DNA of 59,177 nt, counting the filler. It is 3 parts of 3 records of this genome, joined end to end, with 100 filler letters (N's around TTAATTAATTAA, not from the genome) between each part and the next. Parts side by side here need not be neighbours in the genome. Positions count along the whole stretch, not along the records: positions 30,757 to 40,620 come from SRR31156797_10035; positions 40,721 to 59,177 come from SRR31156797_10046; 1 more part is not named here. One strand, 5' to 3'. The translations under genes and the position numbers were made by a program. The stretch's first letter is position 1. Every line of letters starts with the position of its first letter. Below the pieces are notes generated by a model that did no database searches, was not told the DNA's origin, and saw only the letters and a program-made list of their open reading frames with translations. Below are positions 37,413-48,530 of this stretch, one piece after another.

Positions 37413-38726
37413 TTAGATATTTAAGATGATCATCCCTTTTGCTTTTTCTATAAGTGATGCTTCAGGATTTGCATTTGGAAGTGTACTTCCCAAATCTAGG
37501 GTTGAAAAAATAGTTCTTCCTATGATCTCTCTTCCCTCATTTCCTTTTTCATCTTTGGTTTGGATACCCCAAAACTGATGAAAAAGGATTGGTTCATTAT
37601 CAAAAGATCCTACATATAACATAATATGGCCTTTTAGATATATCAAAGTGCGAAAGGGCTTTCCTATCTCTACTATAGTTTGTTTTTTTTGCTCATTTGT
37701 AAGATTATTAAAAGAGACATATTGTCCATTGAAAGTTTGACCATAGGAGTTTCTTTCAAGATAGATACCAAATAAAGAAAAAAAGTCTCTAGTCATAGAA
37801 GAACAATCTCGTGTATCTAATAGTCCACCCCAACCATACGGTTCATTTTTAAGCTCATTCATAATATGAACTATGTTTTCTTCACTAAATGCTAAAGGTT
37901 TTGATGATACATGTTTCGTTTGAACAAATGTAAGCTTTCCATTGAGTCCTTTATCTCTTGTAACGATAAAGAGTTTTTTATTTGATTTAGGAAAAATAGT
38001 TCCTATTTTAATATATTCAATAAACTCTCCATCATCATACAATGGAAAATTGTCTGTAGTGGCTACCATATAGTTTTCATTTTCAAATATCTTTCTTCTT
38101 TTAGAATCTAAGTAAGCTATAGTATTTATTGGAACCCATCCTGTTGTAAAATTACTCTCTACAAATGCCCACGCTTTATCACGTGATAAGTGAGAAATTA
38201 TAATAGGAGTATTGATATAGATCAAAGAGACTTGATTGTAATCAAATGGAAATCCTTCTCCTGCTTCTTTTGGATCATAAAAGATTGGCTTTTTTGTAGG
38301 AAAGACTCTCATATTTGTATTTTTAAGCATGATCCCTTTTTTTCTAAGATGATTATACTGATCAAAGTTTGCATTTGATTTTTGTGTTTCATACCAAGTA
38401 TCGTCCAGTGGTTGATAGTTCATCCCAAATGTTTCTTTTTGTTGGTAGCTAAATCCCCACATAGCTTCACTTTTTGGAGGGCTAAGTTTTGGTATATGCC
38501 ATGGTTTAAAGTAACGTTTATTAAAAAATTCATCTTTTTGAATAAGTCCTCTATGGTCTATATTTGGAAGATATTGCATATATGTTGCAGGAGTTTGAGA
38601 GATACCATAGAGTTTATCTGAGTATTGGGCAGTTTGTTTTTGTGGTTCTATTTGTACAGGTTGGTTTTTTGAACTACATCCAACAAAGATGAAAATAGTG
38701 AAAAATATTCCTAAAATTTTATACAT
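37413..38726 (-). CDS. NlpC/P60 endopeptidase lipoprotein with SH3-like domains
   Basis: Lipobox FVGC; PYGWGG, RDCSS, RNS and GHIMLY. Confidence 0.88.
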   Translation of the reverse strand: MYKILGIFFTIFIFVGCSSKNQPVQIEPQKQTAQYSDKLYGISQTPATYMQYLPNIDHRGLIQKDEFFNKRYFKPWHIPKLSPPKSEAMWGFSYQQKETFGMNYQPLDDTWYETQKSNANFDQYNHLRKKGIMLKNTNMRVFPTKKPIFYDPKEAGEGFPFDYNQVSLIYINTPIIISHLSRDKAWAFVESNFTTGWVPINTIAYLDSKRRKIFENENYMVATTDNFPLYDDGEFIEYIKIGTIFPKSNKKLFIVTRDKGLNGKLTFVQTKHVSSKPLAFSEENIVHIMNELKNEPYGWGGLLDTRDCSSMTRDFFSLFGIYLERNSYGQTFNGQYVSFNNLTNEQKKQTIVEIGKPFRTLIYLKGHIMLYVGSFDNEPILFHQFWGIQTKDEKGNEGREIIGRTIFSTLDLGSTLPNANPEASLIEKAKGMIILNI

Positions 38727-38807
38727 AAACTTTAACCTTTTTTAAATTTTGGCTATTGTATCTATATAAATATTGTAATAAAGTAAAATTTGGTTAAAAT
38801 TTTTCTT

Positions 38808-40620
38808 ATGAAAAAAGCTTTAATAGTAGGATTAATATTAGCAACATGTTTTTTATTAATTCATCAATTTTATTATAAACCAAACCATAATCAACTCACT
38901 CAAAAAATCTATCTCCAGTCTAGCAAAGAGTTAAAAAGTATTTTTCAAGAAGAGGTTGCTAAAAAGCAAGGAAGAACAGCAGCACTTACATATATCTTAA
39001 GTCAAGATAGTGGGGTAATAGAAGCTCTTTTAACAAAACAAAACACTTCCATAGATTATGAAACACTAATTGAAGGGATTGAGGCATTTAGTGATTATAA
39101 AAATCTTTGGATACAAATCATTGATAAAGATGGATATAGTTTTTATAGAAGCTGGACTAAAAAAGTTGGAGACCATGCTGCAAGTGCTAGAGTAGATATC
39201 CAAGAGATGATCAAAAATCCAAGACCTATGAAGCAGGTGAGTACAGGAAGATTTGATATGACCTTTAAAACAATGCTTCCTCTTTATCATAATAAAGAGT
39301 ATATTGGAATGATAGAGCTTATTTCCCATTTTAATTCCATAGCCAATGAATTGAAAAAAGAAAATATAGAGCCTATTTTTGCAGTAGATAAAAGTTATAC
39401 AAAAAGATTTATAAAACCTTTTACAGGACTTTTTATAGGAGAAAACTATATAGCTAACTTAAATGCTTCAAAAACTCTTATGAAAAAAGTTGAAAAGTTT
39501 GGAATTGAGAAGTTTTTATATCTGGGTGAGTATCTTTTATTTGAAGATTATTTAGTAACCACTGATACAATCAAAAATATTAAAAATCAGCCAATGGGAT
39601 ATTTTATTTTATTTAAGAAAAAAGATTCTATTGATATGACAATTTTACAAGAGTTTCAAGTAGCATATTTGCAAAAGATCACAGGGATCATGTTGATCCT
39701 TATTTTAGCGATCCTTTTATATATCAATAGAAACTATGTGAAAACTCTCAATGCAGAAGTATTAGAAAAAACGAAAAAGATCAAACGGCAAAAAGAGAAT
39801 CTCTCAAGACTTTTACGAATATATGATAAACATGTGATTTTTTCAAAAACAGATCCAAATGGTACTATTACCCATGCCAGTGAGGCTTTTTGTAAAGTAA
39901 GTGGGTATACAAAAAAAGAGTTAATTGGACAAAATCATAATATTATCCGTCATCCAGATATGCCAAAATCTGCCTTTAAATATCTTTGGAAAGAGATTAA
40001 AAGAGGTAATAGTGTAAAACTTGAAGTAAAAAATAAAACAAAAGATGGTGGATATTATTGGGTTGTAGCTGAAATCGAACCAGAATATGATAAACATGGT
40101 GTTTTAGTTGGATATGTTGCTGTAAGGGATGATATCACTGCAACAAAAGATATTGAAGAGATACAAAAAGAGATTATCTTTACTATGGGCTCTATTGGGG
40201 AGAGTAGATCATTAGAAACTGGAAATCATGTAAAAAGAGTTGCTGAGTATTCTAAAATCTTAGCAGAACTTTGCGGACTTTCCAAAGATGAAGCAGAGAT
40301 GTTAAGACAAGCAAGTCCAATGCATGATATTGGAAAAGTAGCAATTCCTGATTCTATATTAAATAAACCGGGAAAGCTCACTGGTGAAGAGATGGTTATT
40401 ATGCAAAGTCATGTATTAAAAGGGTATGATATGTTAAAAGTATCCAATAGGACTCTTTTAAAAACAGCAGCTATAGTAGCTCTTGAACATCACGAAAAAT
40501 GGGATGGCACAGGATATCCTACTGGATTAAAAGGAGAAGATATCCATATCTATGGAAGAATCACCGCTATTGCAGATGTCTTTGATGCACTAGGAAGTGA
40601 TAGATGTTATAAAAAAGCTT
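38808..40620 (+). CDS. Sensor-PAS-HD-GYP c-di-GMP phosphodiesterase (3' truncated by the gap)
   Basis: Two TM segments flanking a periplasmic domain; PAS (HNIIRHPDMP); ETGNHVKRV, MHDIGK, HHEKWDGTGYP and ADVFDAL. Confidence 0.9.
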
Positions 40621-40720
40621 NNNNNNNNNNNNNNNNNNNNNNNNNNNNNNNNNNNNNNNNNNNNTTAATTAATTAANNNNNNNNNNNNNNNNNNNNNNNN
40701 NNNNNNNNNNNNNNNNNNNN
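40621..40720. other. Artificial contig linker
   Basis: N44-TTAATTAATTAA-N44. Confidence 0.98.
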
Positions 40721-41351
40721 AAACAAGGATCTGATAATCGAAGCACTTACGCATAAAAGCTATAAAAAGCCTTATAACAACGAGAGGCTTGAGTTTTTAG
40801 GTGATGCTGTTCTTAACTTGATTGTTGGTGAATATTTATTTAAAAAGTTTCCACAATCAAATGAAGGTGAACTTTCGAAAATAAGAGCTAGTTTGGTAAA
40901 TGAAACAGGTTTTACAAAATTAGCAAATGAGATTAAACTTGGTGAATATATTTTTATATCAAATGCGGAAGAGAGAAATAAAGGAAGAAGCAAAGCTTCT
41001 ATTTTATCAGATGCATTTGAAGCGATTATGGGCGCTGTTTATTTAGAATCAGGTTTAGAAGTTTTAAAACCTATAATATTAAAACTTTTAGAAAACTCAT
41101 ATGATAAAATAAATTTAGATGTATTATTTAGTGATTATAAAACTGCTTTACAAGAAGTAACTCAAGCAGAATTTGGAAGTATTCCAGAATATAAAATTGA
41201 AGGTTCTTATGGACCAGATCACAAAAAAGAATTTGAAGTATCTATTTGGATAGATGGTAAAAACTATGGAAAAGCAATTGGAAAAAGCAAAAAATTAGCA
41301 CAACAAGCTGTTGCTAAAATTGCTATTGACAAACTAAAAGGAAAAAATTGA
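40721..41351 (+). CDS. rnc: Ribonuclease III (5' truncated by the gap)
   Basis: ALTHKS...[13 protein letters not shown] upstream of the tracked ORF; DAFEA; ds[11 protein letters not shown]...GPDHKK. Confidence 0.95.
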
Positions 41352-42424
41352 TGAATAGCTTTGGACAAAAGTTTAGATTTACAACCTTCGGAGAAAGCCA
41401 TGGGAAAGCTTTAGGTTGTATTGTAGATGGTGTTCCAGCAGGTATAAAGATTGATGAATCTTTTATCCAAAAAGAGATGGATAGAAGAAAGCCAGGTAAA
41501 AATGCATATGCAACTGCTAGAAATGAAGGCGACAGAGTTGAAATATTAAGTGGTGTATTTGAAGGACTTTCTACTGGAACTCCTATCTCAATGGTGATTT
41601 TCAATGAGAATCAAAAAAGTAAAGATTATACAAATGTTAAAGATTTGTTTAGACCAGGTCATGCAGACTTTTCATACTTTCATAAATATGGTATTAGAGA
41701 CTATAGAGGTGGAGGAAGAAGTAGTGCAAGAGAAACTGCGGCAAGAGTTGCAGCTGGAGCTATTGCAAAACTGATGCTTAAAGAGCTTGATATTGAAGTT
41801 CAAAGTGGAATTTGTGAAGTGGATGGAATAAAAGGTAGCAAAACTGATTTCGAGTTTGCAAAAACTTCTGAAATATTCTCTTTAGATAAAGATAAAGAGG
41901 ATTTCCAAAAAGAAGCAATTTTAGCTTCAAAAAAAGAGCATAACTCTGTTGGTGGAGTTGCACTTGTAAATGTGAAAAATGCACCAAAAGGTTTAGGTGA
42001 ACCACTATACTTTAAACTTGATTCACAAATTGCAAATGCAATGATGGGAATAAATGCTGTTAAAGGTGTTGAGATTGGAGATGGTTTTGAAAGTTCTTCA
42101 AAAAAAGGCTCAGAAAACAATGATGAGATAAGAAGTACAGGATTTAAAACAAATCATAGTGGTGGAATTTTAGGTGGAATTAGTACAGGTGAAGATATCA
42201 ATGTAAAAGTTTACTTCAAACCTACTCCATCTATTTTTATTAAGCAAGAAACAATTGATGTAAACAACAATGAAGTTGACTGTGAACTAAAAGGTAGACA
42301 CGACCCTTGTGTTGCAATCAGAGGAAGTATTGTTGCTGAATCAATGATGGCATTAGTTATTGCAGATATGTTACTTTTAAATATGAGTAGCAAAATTGAA
42401 AATATTAAAAAAGTATATAACTAA
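41351..42424 (+). CDS. aroC: Chorismate synthase
   Basis: [25 protein letters not shown] and GRHDPC. Confidence 0.97.
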   Translation: MNSFGQKFRFTTFGESHGKALGCIVDGVPAGIKIDESFIQKEMDRRKPGKNAYATARNEGDRVEILSGVFEGLSTGTPISMVIFNENQKSKDYTNVKDLFRPGHADFSYFHKYGIRDYRGGGRSSARETAARVAAGAIAKLMLKELDIEVQSGICEVDGIKGSKTDFEFAKTSEIFSLDKDKEDFQKEAILASKKEHNSVGGVALVNVKNAPKGLGEPLYFKLDSQIANAMMGINAVKGVEIGDGFESSSKKGSENNDEIRSTGFKTNHSGGILGGISTGEDINVKVYFKPTPSIFIKQETIDVNNNEVDCELKGRHDPCVAIRGSIVAESMMALVIADMLLLNMSSKIENIKKVYN

Positions 42425-42505
42425 TTAAATAGTTTCACTTATCTATAAAGATACTTTTTGTAGTATTCCAATGGTTCTTTACTTTGGTTAAGTTGAAAGA
42501 ACTGC

Positions 42506-42532
42506 AAGCGAAACTTTTAGTTTCGCTTTTTT
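42506..42532 (+). terminator. Intrinsic terminator between aroC and ynfA
   Basis: AAGCGAAAC-TTTTA-GTTTCGCTT followed by a T run. Confidence 0.75.
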
Positions 42533-42564
42533 ACGACTAGCCTATAAACTTTAAGGTATTTATA

Positions 42565-42894
42565 TTGTACACAGAATTGTTAATATTCTTTCTCGCTTCA
42601 ATTTTTGAAATAATCGGATGTTATAGCTTTTGGGCAGTATTTAAACTACAAAAATCATTTTATTTTTTAATTCCAGGTTTTATTTCACTAATTTTGTTTG
42701 CATATCTACTTACAAAAACAAATCTCGAATTTGCAGGAAGAGCTTATGCTATCTACGGTGGAATATATATAATTTCATCATTATTCTGGTTATTCTTCAT
42801 AGAAAAACAAAGTTTCAATAAATGGGATGTTATTGGTTCACTTATCATATTTGTAGGAATTTCTATCATTTTAATAGGAAATCAAAGAAGCTAA
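42565..42894 (+). CDS. ynfA: YnfA/UPF0060 small membrane protein (SMR-related)
   Basis: FEIIGCY, AGRAYAIYGGIYI and WDVIG; 109 aa. Confidence 0.85.
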   Translation: MYTELLIFFLASIFEIIGCYSFWAVFKLQKSFYFLIPGFISLILFAYLLTKTNLEFAGRAYAIYGGIYIISSLFWLFFIEKQSFNKWDVIGSLIIFVGISIILIGNQRS

Positions 42895-42939
42895 AAAATT
42901 ATTTCATATCAGTTTTATTTTTTTTTAATTTTTATTTAT

Positions 42940-42960
42940 ATACTATAGGGGGTATAGTAT
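42940..42960. promoter_or_regulatory. CsoR/RcnR-type operator
   Basis: ATACTATA-GGGGG-TATAGTAT, an AT-rich inverted repeat around a G-tract. Confidence 0.85.
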
Positions 42961-42973
42961 TAAAGGAATAGAT

Positions 42974-43273
42974 ATGGCATATTGTTGCGATGTTGAAAGA
43001 AAAAAACTTCAAAATAGAATAAGTAGAATTGCAGGTCAAATTAATTCATTAAAGAAAAAATTTGATGATGAAAAATTTCATTTAGATACTGATCCTTATG
43101 AAACTATCAGACAACTAACTGCAATCAAAGGTGCTGTAAATGCAATGACCACTTCATATGTTGAACATTATGCAAAGGGACATATGATAGAAAAAATCAA
43201 AAGTGGCGATAGTGTTGAAGCGGAAACTCAGATAGATAATCTTCTTGAGATAATTAAAGTATTTGGAAAATAA
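42974..43273 (+). CDS. CsoR/RcnR-family metal-sensing repressor
   Basis: RISRIAGQI...QLTAIKGAVN...EH..KGH; 99 aa; upstream G-tract operator. Confidence 0.85.
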   Translation: MAYCCDVERKKLQNRISRIAGQINSLKKKFDDEKFHLDTDPYETIRQLTAIKGAVNAMTTSYVEHYAKGHMIEKIKSGDSVEAETQIDNLLEIIKVFGK

Positions 43274-43274
43274 A

Positions 43275-44231
43275 ATGGAAACTTGTAAATTTGGTTTAAA
43301 CGAACACAAACCATTCTTAGGTGAAACGAATCATCATCACCATCATCACGAACATAGTCATGATCATAACCACGAGCACTCACATAGTCATGACCATAGA
43401 GGAGCAGATAAAAAAGTTTTAAAATGGGCTCTTTCAATAACACTCATAACAATGTTTTTGGAATTTTTTTATGGCTTTTTATCAAATTCATTAGCCTTAA
43501 TTTCAGATGCAATTCATATGTTTACCCATTCTTTTGCACTTATTATTTCACTTGTTGCAATTATTATAGCAAGTAAAAAAGCTCCAATTGAAAAATCATT
43601 TGGGTACTATAGAATTGAAGTTATTGCAGCATTTATAAATGGAATTACGATTGTATTATCAATATTTTGGATTTTATATGAAGCTGTTGAAAGATTTTTG
43701 AATCCACAAACAATTGATATCAAAATGGCAATGACTGTTGCTATTATTGGTCTTGTAGTAAATATTATTACCGGAATAATTTTAATGCAAGGTGATAAAG
43801 AAAATATCAACCTTAAATCTGCTTTTATTCATATGTTAAGTGATGCACTATCATCTGTTGCAATTATAGTTGGCTATATTGTTATATATTACACATCTTG
43901 GTATTTTATTGATATTATCCTTGCTATTTTAGTTGCTGTAGTTATTGGTAAATGGGCAATGGATGTTCTTAAGTCTTCAGTTCACACACTAATGGAAGGC
44001 TCGCCTTTAGATTTAAATGAAGTAAAGAAATTTATAGAAAATCATAAAGAAGTTTTAGAACTACATGATGTACATATTTGGGAAATTACTCAAGATATGT
44101 ATAATATGACAGCTCATGTGAAAATTGACAAAAATTCATTTGACAATTATGAAAAAATACTTCATGAGATAAATCACGATTTAAAAGAAAAGTTTAAAAT
44201 TGTTCATACAACTTTTCAATTTGAATGGTAA
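43275..44231 (+). CDS. CDF-family cation efflux transporter (CzcD/DmeF-like)
   Basis: His-rich N-terminus; SLALISDAIHM, SFGYYRIE, AFIHMLSD and HDVHIW. Confidence 0.92.
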   Translation: METCKFGLNEHKPFLGETNHHHHHHEHSHDHNHEHSHSHDHRGADKKVLKWALSITLITMFLEFFYGFLSNSLALISDAIHMFTHSFALIISLVAIIIASKKAPIEKSFGYYRIEVIAAFINGITIVLSIFWILYEAVERFLNPQTIDIKMAMTVAIIGLVVNIITGIILMQGDKENINLKSAFIHMLSDALSSVAIIVGYIVIYYTSWYFIDIILAILVAVVIGKWAMDVLKSSVHTLMEGSPLDLNEVKKFIENHKEVLELHDVHIWEITQDMYNMTAHVKIDKNSFDNYEKILHEINHDLKEKFKIVHTTFQFEW

Positions 44232-44273
44232 AGTATAAGAAAAATCTCTTATACTTTATCTATAAAAAGAGGT

Positions 44274-45266
44274 TTAATAAAAATATTTTCTAGTATTTTT
44301 TTTAACTTCTATAGGATTGATACCAAAATGTTCTTTAAAAATTTTACTAAAATGACTTATACTTTTATACCCAACAAGAAAGCAAGCTTCACTAACATTG
44401 ATTTCATTGTTTTCTAAAAGTTCTTTTGATTTATTTAATCTATATTCTTGCAAAAATCCATAAACAGTATTTCCAAATAATTGTTTAAACCCTTTTTTTA
44501 ATTTATACTCATTTATTGCACATTTACGAGCAAGTTCTACTAATGAAGGTGGATTTTCTAATGATTCTGTCAATATCTTTTTTGATTTTTTTAATGATTC
44601 AATATCTTTTTCATTTAAATATATTTCATCATCTTTTAAATTTCTAACATCAAATTCATTTACGGTTGTATACACTAAATCTAAAAGTCTTGATTCAACA
44701 AATAAATCTTTAAGTATCCCTTCTGCTAGATTAACCGTACTTAAATCATGTAATATTTTTTTTTGATTTACATTCATTTTAGAATTAAAATTTATATAAA
44801 AGCTATCAGACTTAAAAATTGGCTTTGAGTTTAAATAATTGGCTTTTTCTTTTATAATATCTCTAAATAAATTGTTATTTATAGTTATATAATGGCATGA
44901 ATAATAATTGTCTTTTTTATAATATCCATAAGAACTTTCACCTTTATTTAAACTTCCATTTAGGCAATTATAACTATTAAAATCCAACTTTTTTTTATCT
45001 TTTTTATCTTTCATTGAAATTTTATCACCTACATTAAAACAAATAAAACTAAATTCGTCTTTATTTATTCCTTCAATAATAGTATCTTCGTTGAAATTAC
45101 CTTTTAAAGTTGAGTATGTAATACCTAACCCTGTACTAAAAGAACTGATTTCAATATTTCCATGTTTTTTATCAAAAAATTTAGAATCAGTTTTTCTATT
45201 ATTATTAGGAAGATAAACACCATTTACATTTTTCCAATATTCATCAAATGAAATAAACTTACACAC
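44274..45266 (-). CDS. AraC-family regulator (PchR/YbtA-like) 1
   Basis: LFVESRLLDL, NPPSLVELAR, NEYKLKKGFKQLFGNTV and VGYKSISHFS. Confidence 0.9.
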   Translation of the reverse strand: MCKFISFDEYWKNVNGVYLPNNNRKTDSKFFDKKHGNIEISSFSTGLGITYSTLKGNFNEDTIIEGINKDEFSFICFNVGDKISMKDKKDKKKLDFNSYNCLNGSLNKGESSYGYYKKDNYYSCHYITINNNLFRDIIKEKANYLNSKPIFKSDSFYINFNSKMNVNQKKILHDLSTVNLAEGILKDLFVESRLLDLVYTTVNEFDVRNLKDDEIYLNEKDIESLKKSKKILTESLENPPSLVELARKCAINEYKLKKGFKQLFGNTVYGFLQEYRLNKSKELLENNEINVSEACFLVGYKSISHFSKIFKEHFGINPIEVKKNTRKYFY

Positions 45267-45268
45267 AA

Positions 45269-45342
45269 ATTACTCCCTTCACAAAAAAAAATCCTTTCAA
45301 AAGAAAAATGATATTGATAATGATTCTTGATTAAACTATAAT
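45269..45342 (+). promoter_or_regulatory. Activator repeat, Fur box and -35/-10 of receptor 1
   Basis: AATCCTTT at 45290; GATATTGATAATGATTCTT (15/19 to the Fur consensus); TTGATA-N17-TATAAT. Confidence 0.75.
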
Positions 45343-45375
45343 AATCCTTTATTTTTAATTAAAATTGGAGAGAGT

Positions 45376-47451
45376 ATGCATATTAGCAGTTTAGTAAAAC
45401 CTATTTCTTTATCTATCATTTTATGTAGTTTTATAAATGCGAAAGATATTGAAGAATTAAATGAAATCACCGTTACAGCTAACAAAGTTGAAGAAAATAT
45501 ATTAAAAGTTCCTCAAAGTATAACTGTATTAGATAAAGAGACAATAAAAGAAAAAAATATTAACACAATCTCTAAAGTTATAAATGAGATTCCAAATATG
45601 AGTTCTACTAATATATCAGGAATGGGTACATTTACTAATTTTAGAGGAATAAACACATCAACTTTTAATATGTTTAGTAGTCCAATAGTTGTATATATCG
45701 ATGGGATACCTATTGTAAACAGATATGAATATGAAGCCTTATTGGTAAATGTGAAAAGAATAGAAATATTAAGAGGTCCACAAGGAACATTGTATGGGAA
45801 GGACTCAATAGGAGCAGTTATTAATATTGTGACAGAAGATACGCCAAAAGAACCTACAGCTTATTTAAATATTGAACATGGAGATAATAATTATCTAAAA
45901 ACTAAGTTTAATTTTGCATCTTCATTAATTGAAAAAAAATTATATGCAGGAATAAATGGCGAATTAAAAAGTGATGATGGTAATCTTACAAATCATTTTA
46001 ATAACGATAAAAAAGCAGGAAAAAGTTGGCAAAATAATTTTAACTTATTTTTTAAGTATTTACCTACAGAAAATTTAAATCTAAAATTAAATCTGAATAA
46101 ACTAAAAAGTAAAGTAAATGGTTCTAGTTCTGCTACATATACTAGTTCACTTGATAGTTTAAATCAGTCAAAACCAGAAGATGTTGAAAATATTAACTAT
46201 GAGGTTCCAACAAATGAAACTAAAGGTATCACTTCTCAAAGCTTAAGCATAAATTATAACTTTGACAAAGTTAACTTAGATTGGGTAATGACTCATAAAA
46301 AAACTAATTTTGATGGTATCTATGATATGGATTTTTCAAATAATACCATATATGATAATGTTACACAATATAACAATTTCACAACAAAAACATATTCAAA
46401 TGAAATTCGATTGTCAAATAAAAATAACAACTTTGAATGGATAGGTGGGATATATCTAGATTATGAAAAATTTAAAGAATCAACAGGCTATGGTAATTAT
46501 CTTTCTTATGGGACATATGATGCATCAGGCGAAATAAAAAGTAAAACTCAAGCGATATTTGGTCAAATTATATTTCCATTATACGATTCATTTGATTTAA
46601 CTTTAGGAGGAAGATACCAAAAAATTAAAAAAGATGCAAAAATTAACGTATCCATTGAAAACTACCCTTCAAATAATTATAATTTTACTTCAGAAAAAAC
46701 ATGGAACAGTTTTCTACCTAAAATTGCATTGAGCTACAAAAAAAATGAAAAATTTGTTCCATTTCTTTCTATATCAAAAGGTTATATGCCTGGAGGATTT
46801 AACACTTTCCCTAATTCAAGTGCCAATGATAATACTTATGAATCTCAGCAATCTATAAACTATGAATTAGGAATAAAAGGATACTACAATGATTTAGACT
46901 ATTCAGCTTCATTGTTTTATATGGATATAAAAAATCTTCAAGTATATAGAGTTGATGGCAGCACTGGATCTTGGCTTGTTAATAATGCAAAACAAGCACA
47001 TTCCTATGGTATTGAACTAGAAACTAAATATTACTTAACAGATGAAATAACATTAAATAGTAGTTTTGGTATTACAAAAGCAATTTATGATGATTTTGAT
47101 GCAGGAAGTACCAATTTAAAAGGTAAAGAAATTGAGAATACTCCTAAATATAAATTAAATTTGAGTTTGAATTATCAAAAAGATAATGGAGTTTATACTA
47201 ATGCCAGTATTTACAGTAGAGGTTCTACAAAATATTATGATACCTCAAACCAAAACTTTTTAAAGAGTAATTCTGCAACAACCCTAAACTTTAAAATAGG
47301 ATATATGTTTCAAAATTGGGACATTTATACATTTGTAAATAATGTAACAGACAAAAGATATGTTACAGGTTATTCATCAAAAGGAACTCTATCTTCTGTA
47401 TCATATAATCAAGAAAGATTTGTTGGTCTAGGAATTAGTTACAAATTTTAA
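45376..47451 (+). CDS. TonB-dependent siderophore receptor 1 (FyuA-like)
   Basis: TonB box EITVTANK; plug RIEILRGPQGTLYG; SKGYMPGGFN; terminal F. Confidence 0.92.
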   Translation: MHISSLVKPISLSIILCSFINAKDIEELNEITVTANKVEENILKVPQSITVLDKETIKEKNINTISKVINEIPNMSSTNISGMGTFTNFRGINTSTFNMFSSPIVVYIDGIPIVNRYEYEALLVNVKRIEILRGPQGTLYGKDSIGAVINIVTEDTPKEPTAYLNIEHGDNNYLKTKFNFASSLIEKKLYAGINGELKSDDGNLTNHFNNDKKAGKSWQNNFNLFFKYLPTENLNLKLNLNKLKSKVNGSSSATYTSSLDSLNQSKPEDVENINYEVPTNETKGITSQSLSINYNFDKVNLDWVMTHKKTNFDGIYDMDFSNNTIYDNVTQYNNFTTKTYSNEIRLSNKNNNFEWIGGIYLDYEKFKESTGYGNYLSYGTYDASGEIKSKTQAIFGQIIFPLYDSFDLTLGGRYQKIKKDAKINVSIENYPSNNYNFTSEKTWNSFLPKIALSYKKNEKFVPFLSISKGYMPGGFNTFPNSSANDNTYESQQSINYELGIKGYYNDLDYSASLFYMDIKNLQVYRVDGSTGSWLVNNAKQAHSYGIELETKYYLTDEITLNSSFGITKAIYDDFDAGSTNLKGKEIENTPKYKLNLSLNYQKDNGVYTNASIYSRGSTKYYDTSNQNFLKSNSATTLNFKIGYMFQNWDIYTFVNNVTDKRYVTGYSSKGTLSSVSYNQERFVGLGISYKF

Positions 47452-47477
47452 AAGATATTGAGTTAATCAATATCTTT

Positions 47478-48418
47478 TTATATAAAAAGTTTTTTATATT
47501 TTTTTCTAATGTTTATAGGTGAATATCCGAAATGTTTTTTAAAGGCTGTACTAAAATGACTTACATTTTTGTACCCTACAAACAATGCAGCTTCACTGAT
47601 ATTTATATCATTTGATTCTAATAGTTTTTTTGCTTCATTTAATCTATACTCTTGTAAAAATCCATAAACTGTATTTCCAAATAATTGTTTAAAACCCTTT
47701 TTTAGTTTAAATTCATTTATTGCAGACTTTAATGCAAGATTTTTTAAAGATGGAGGGTTGTGAATATTTTCAATAAGCATTTTTTTTGCTCGCTTTAAAC
47801 ACTCAATATCTTTTTCACTCAAATAAATATTACTTGTATTTGATGATTCGTTTATGTCACTTACTACACTATAGATTAATTCTAAAACTTTTGATTCAAA
47901 ATAGATTTCTGTAATCTTTGAATCTAGATTTGATGTATTATGAAGTTGTGTTAATAATAAATTTTGATCCAACAAAATTTGTTTATTTGAAATTGTGTCT
48001 ACATTATCAATCAATGATTTAAATAGATCATTTTCAAATAATAAATAATGAAAAATATACTGCTTGTTTTTTGAATATAATGCCTTTTGACTATCGCCAC
48101 TTTCTCTTTTTCCTTTACAATATGTTGAGTGTTCAAATTCAACTGTTTTTCTACTTGAAGAAAGAATATCTGTAGAATGTCCTGTATTAAAAATCAGATA
48201 TGAAAGACTAGCATTATAATTACCCTCAAAAATAGTATCCTCATTAAATGTTGCAATACAAGAAGAGTAAATTACACCTGACCTGTACTAAAGTGAGAGA
48301 TGCTCATTTTACCAAAGTCTTGTTCCATTTGAAAAGAGCCAAATTCTCTTTCTTTTTTTGGTGAAAATTGATTTTGGATATTATCCCATAATTGATTTGA
48401 ACTTATATATTTACTCAA
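47478..48418 (-). pseudogene. AraC-family regulator 2 with a single -1 frameshift
   Basis: TTG at 48418 reads SKYISSNQLW...HFSTG; the frame then shifts at about 48280 into GVIYSS...FNEDTIFEG and the 47478-48014 ORF; colinear with AraC 1. Confidence 0.8.
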
Positions 48419-48421
48419 AAT

Positions 48422-48483
48422 ATTACCTTAGAGAAAAGGAATAATCCTTTATAGAAAATTTTAATATTGATAACTGTTTTCAA
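48422..48483 (+). promoter_or_regulatory. Activator repeat and Fur box of receptor 2
   Basis: ATTACCTT/AATCCTTT 21 bp apart; TTGATAACTGTTTTCAA. Confidence 0.7.
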
Positions 48484-48530
48484 TTTAACTAGAATTCTAC
48501 TTAATTTATTATTAATTAAGAGGAAAATAA

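Noticed and set aside
40621-40676. C-terminal extension of the HD-GYP ORF in the ORF track
   Set aside because: It is translation through Ns and the linker; the true 3' end is missing.
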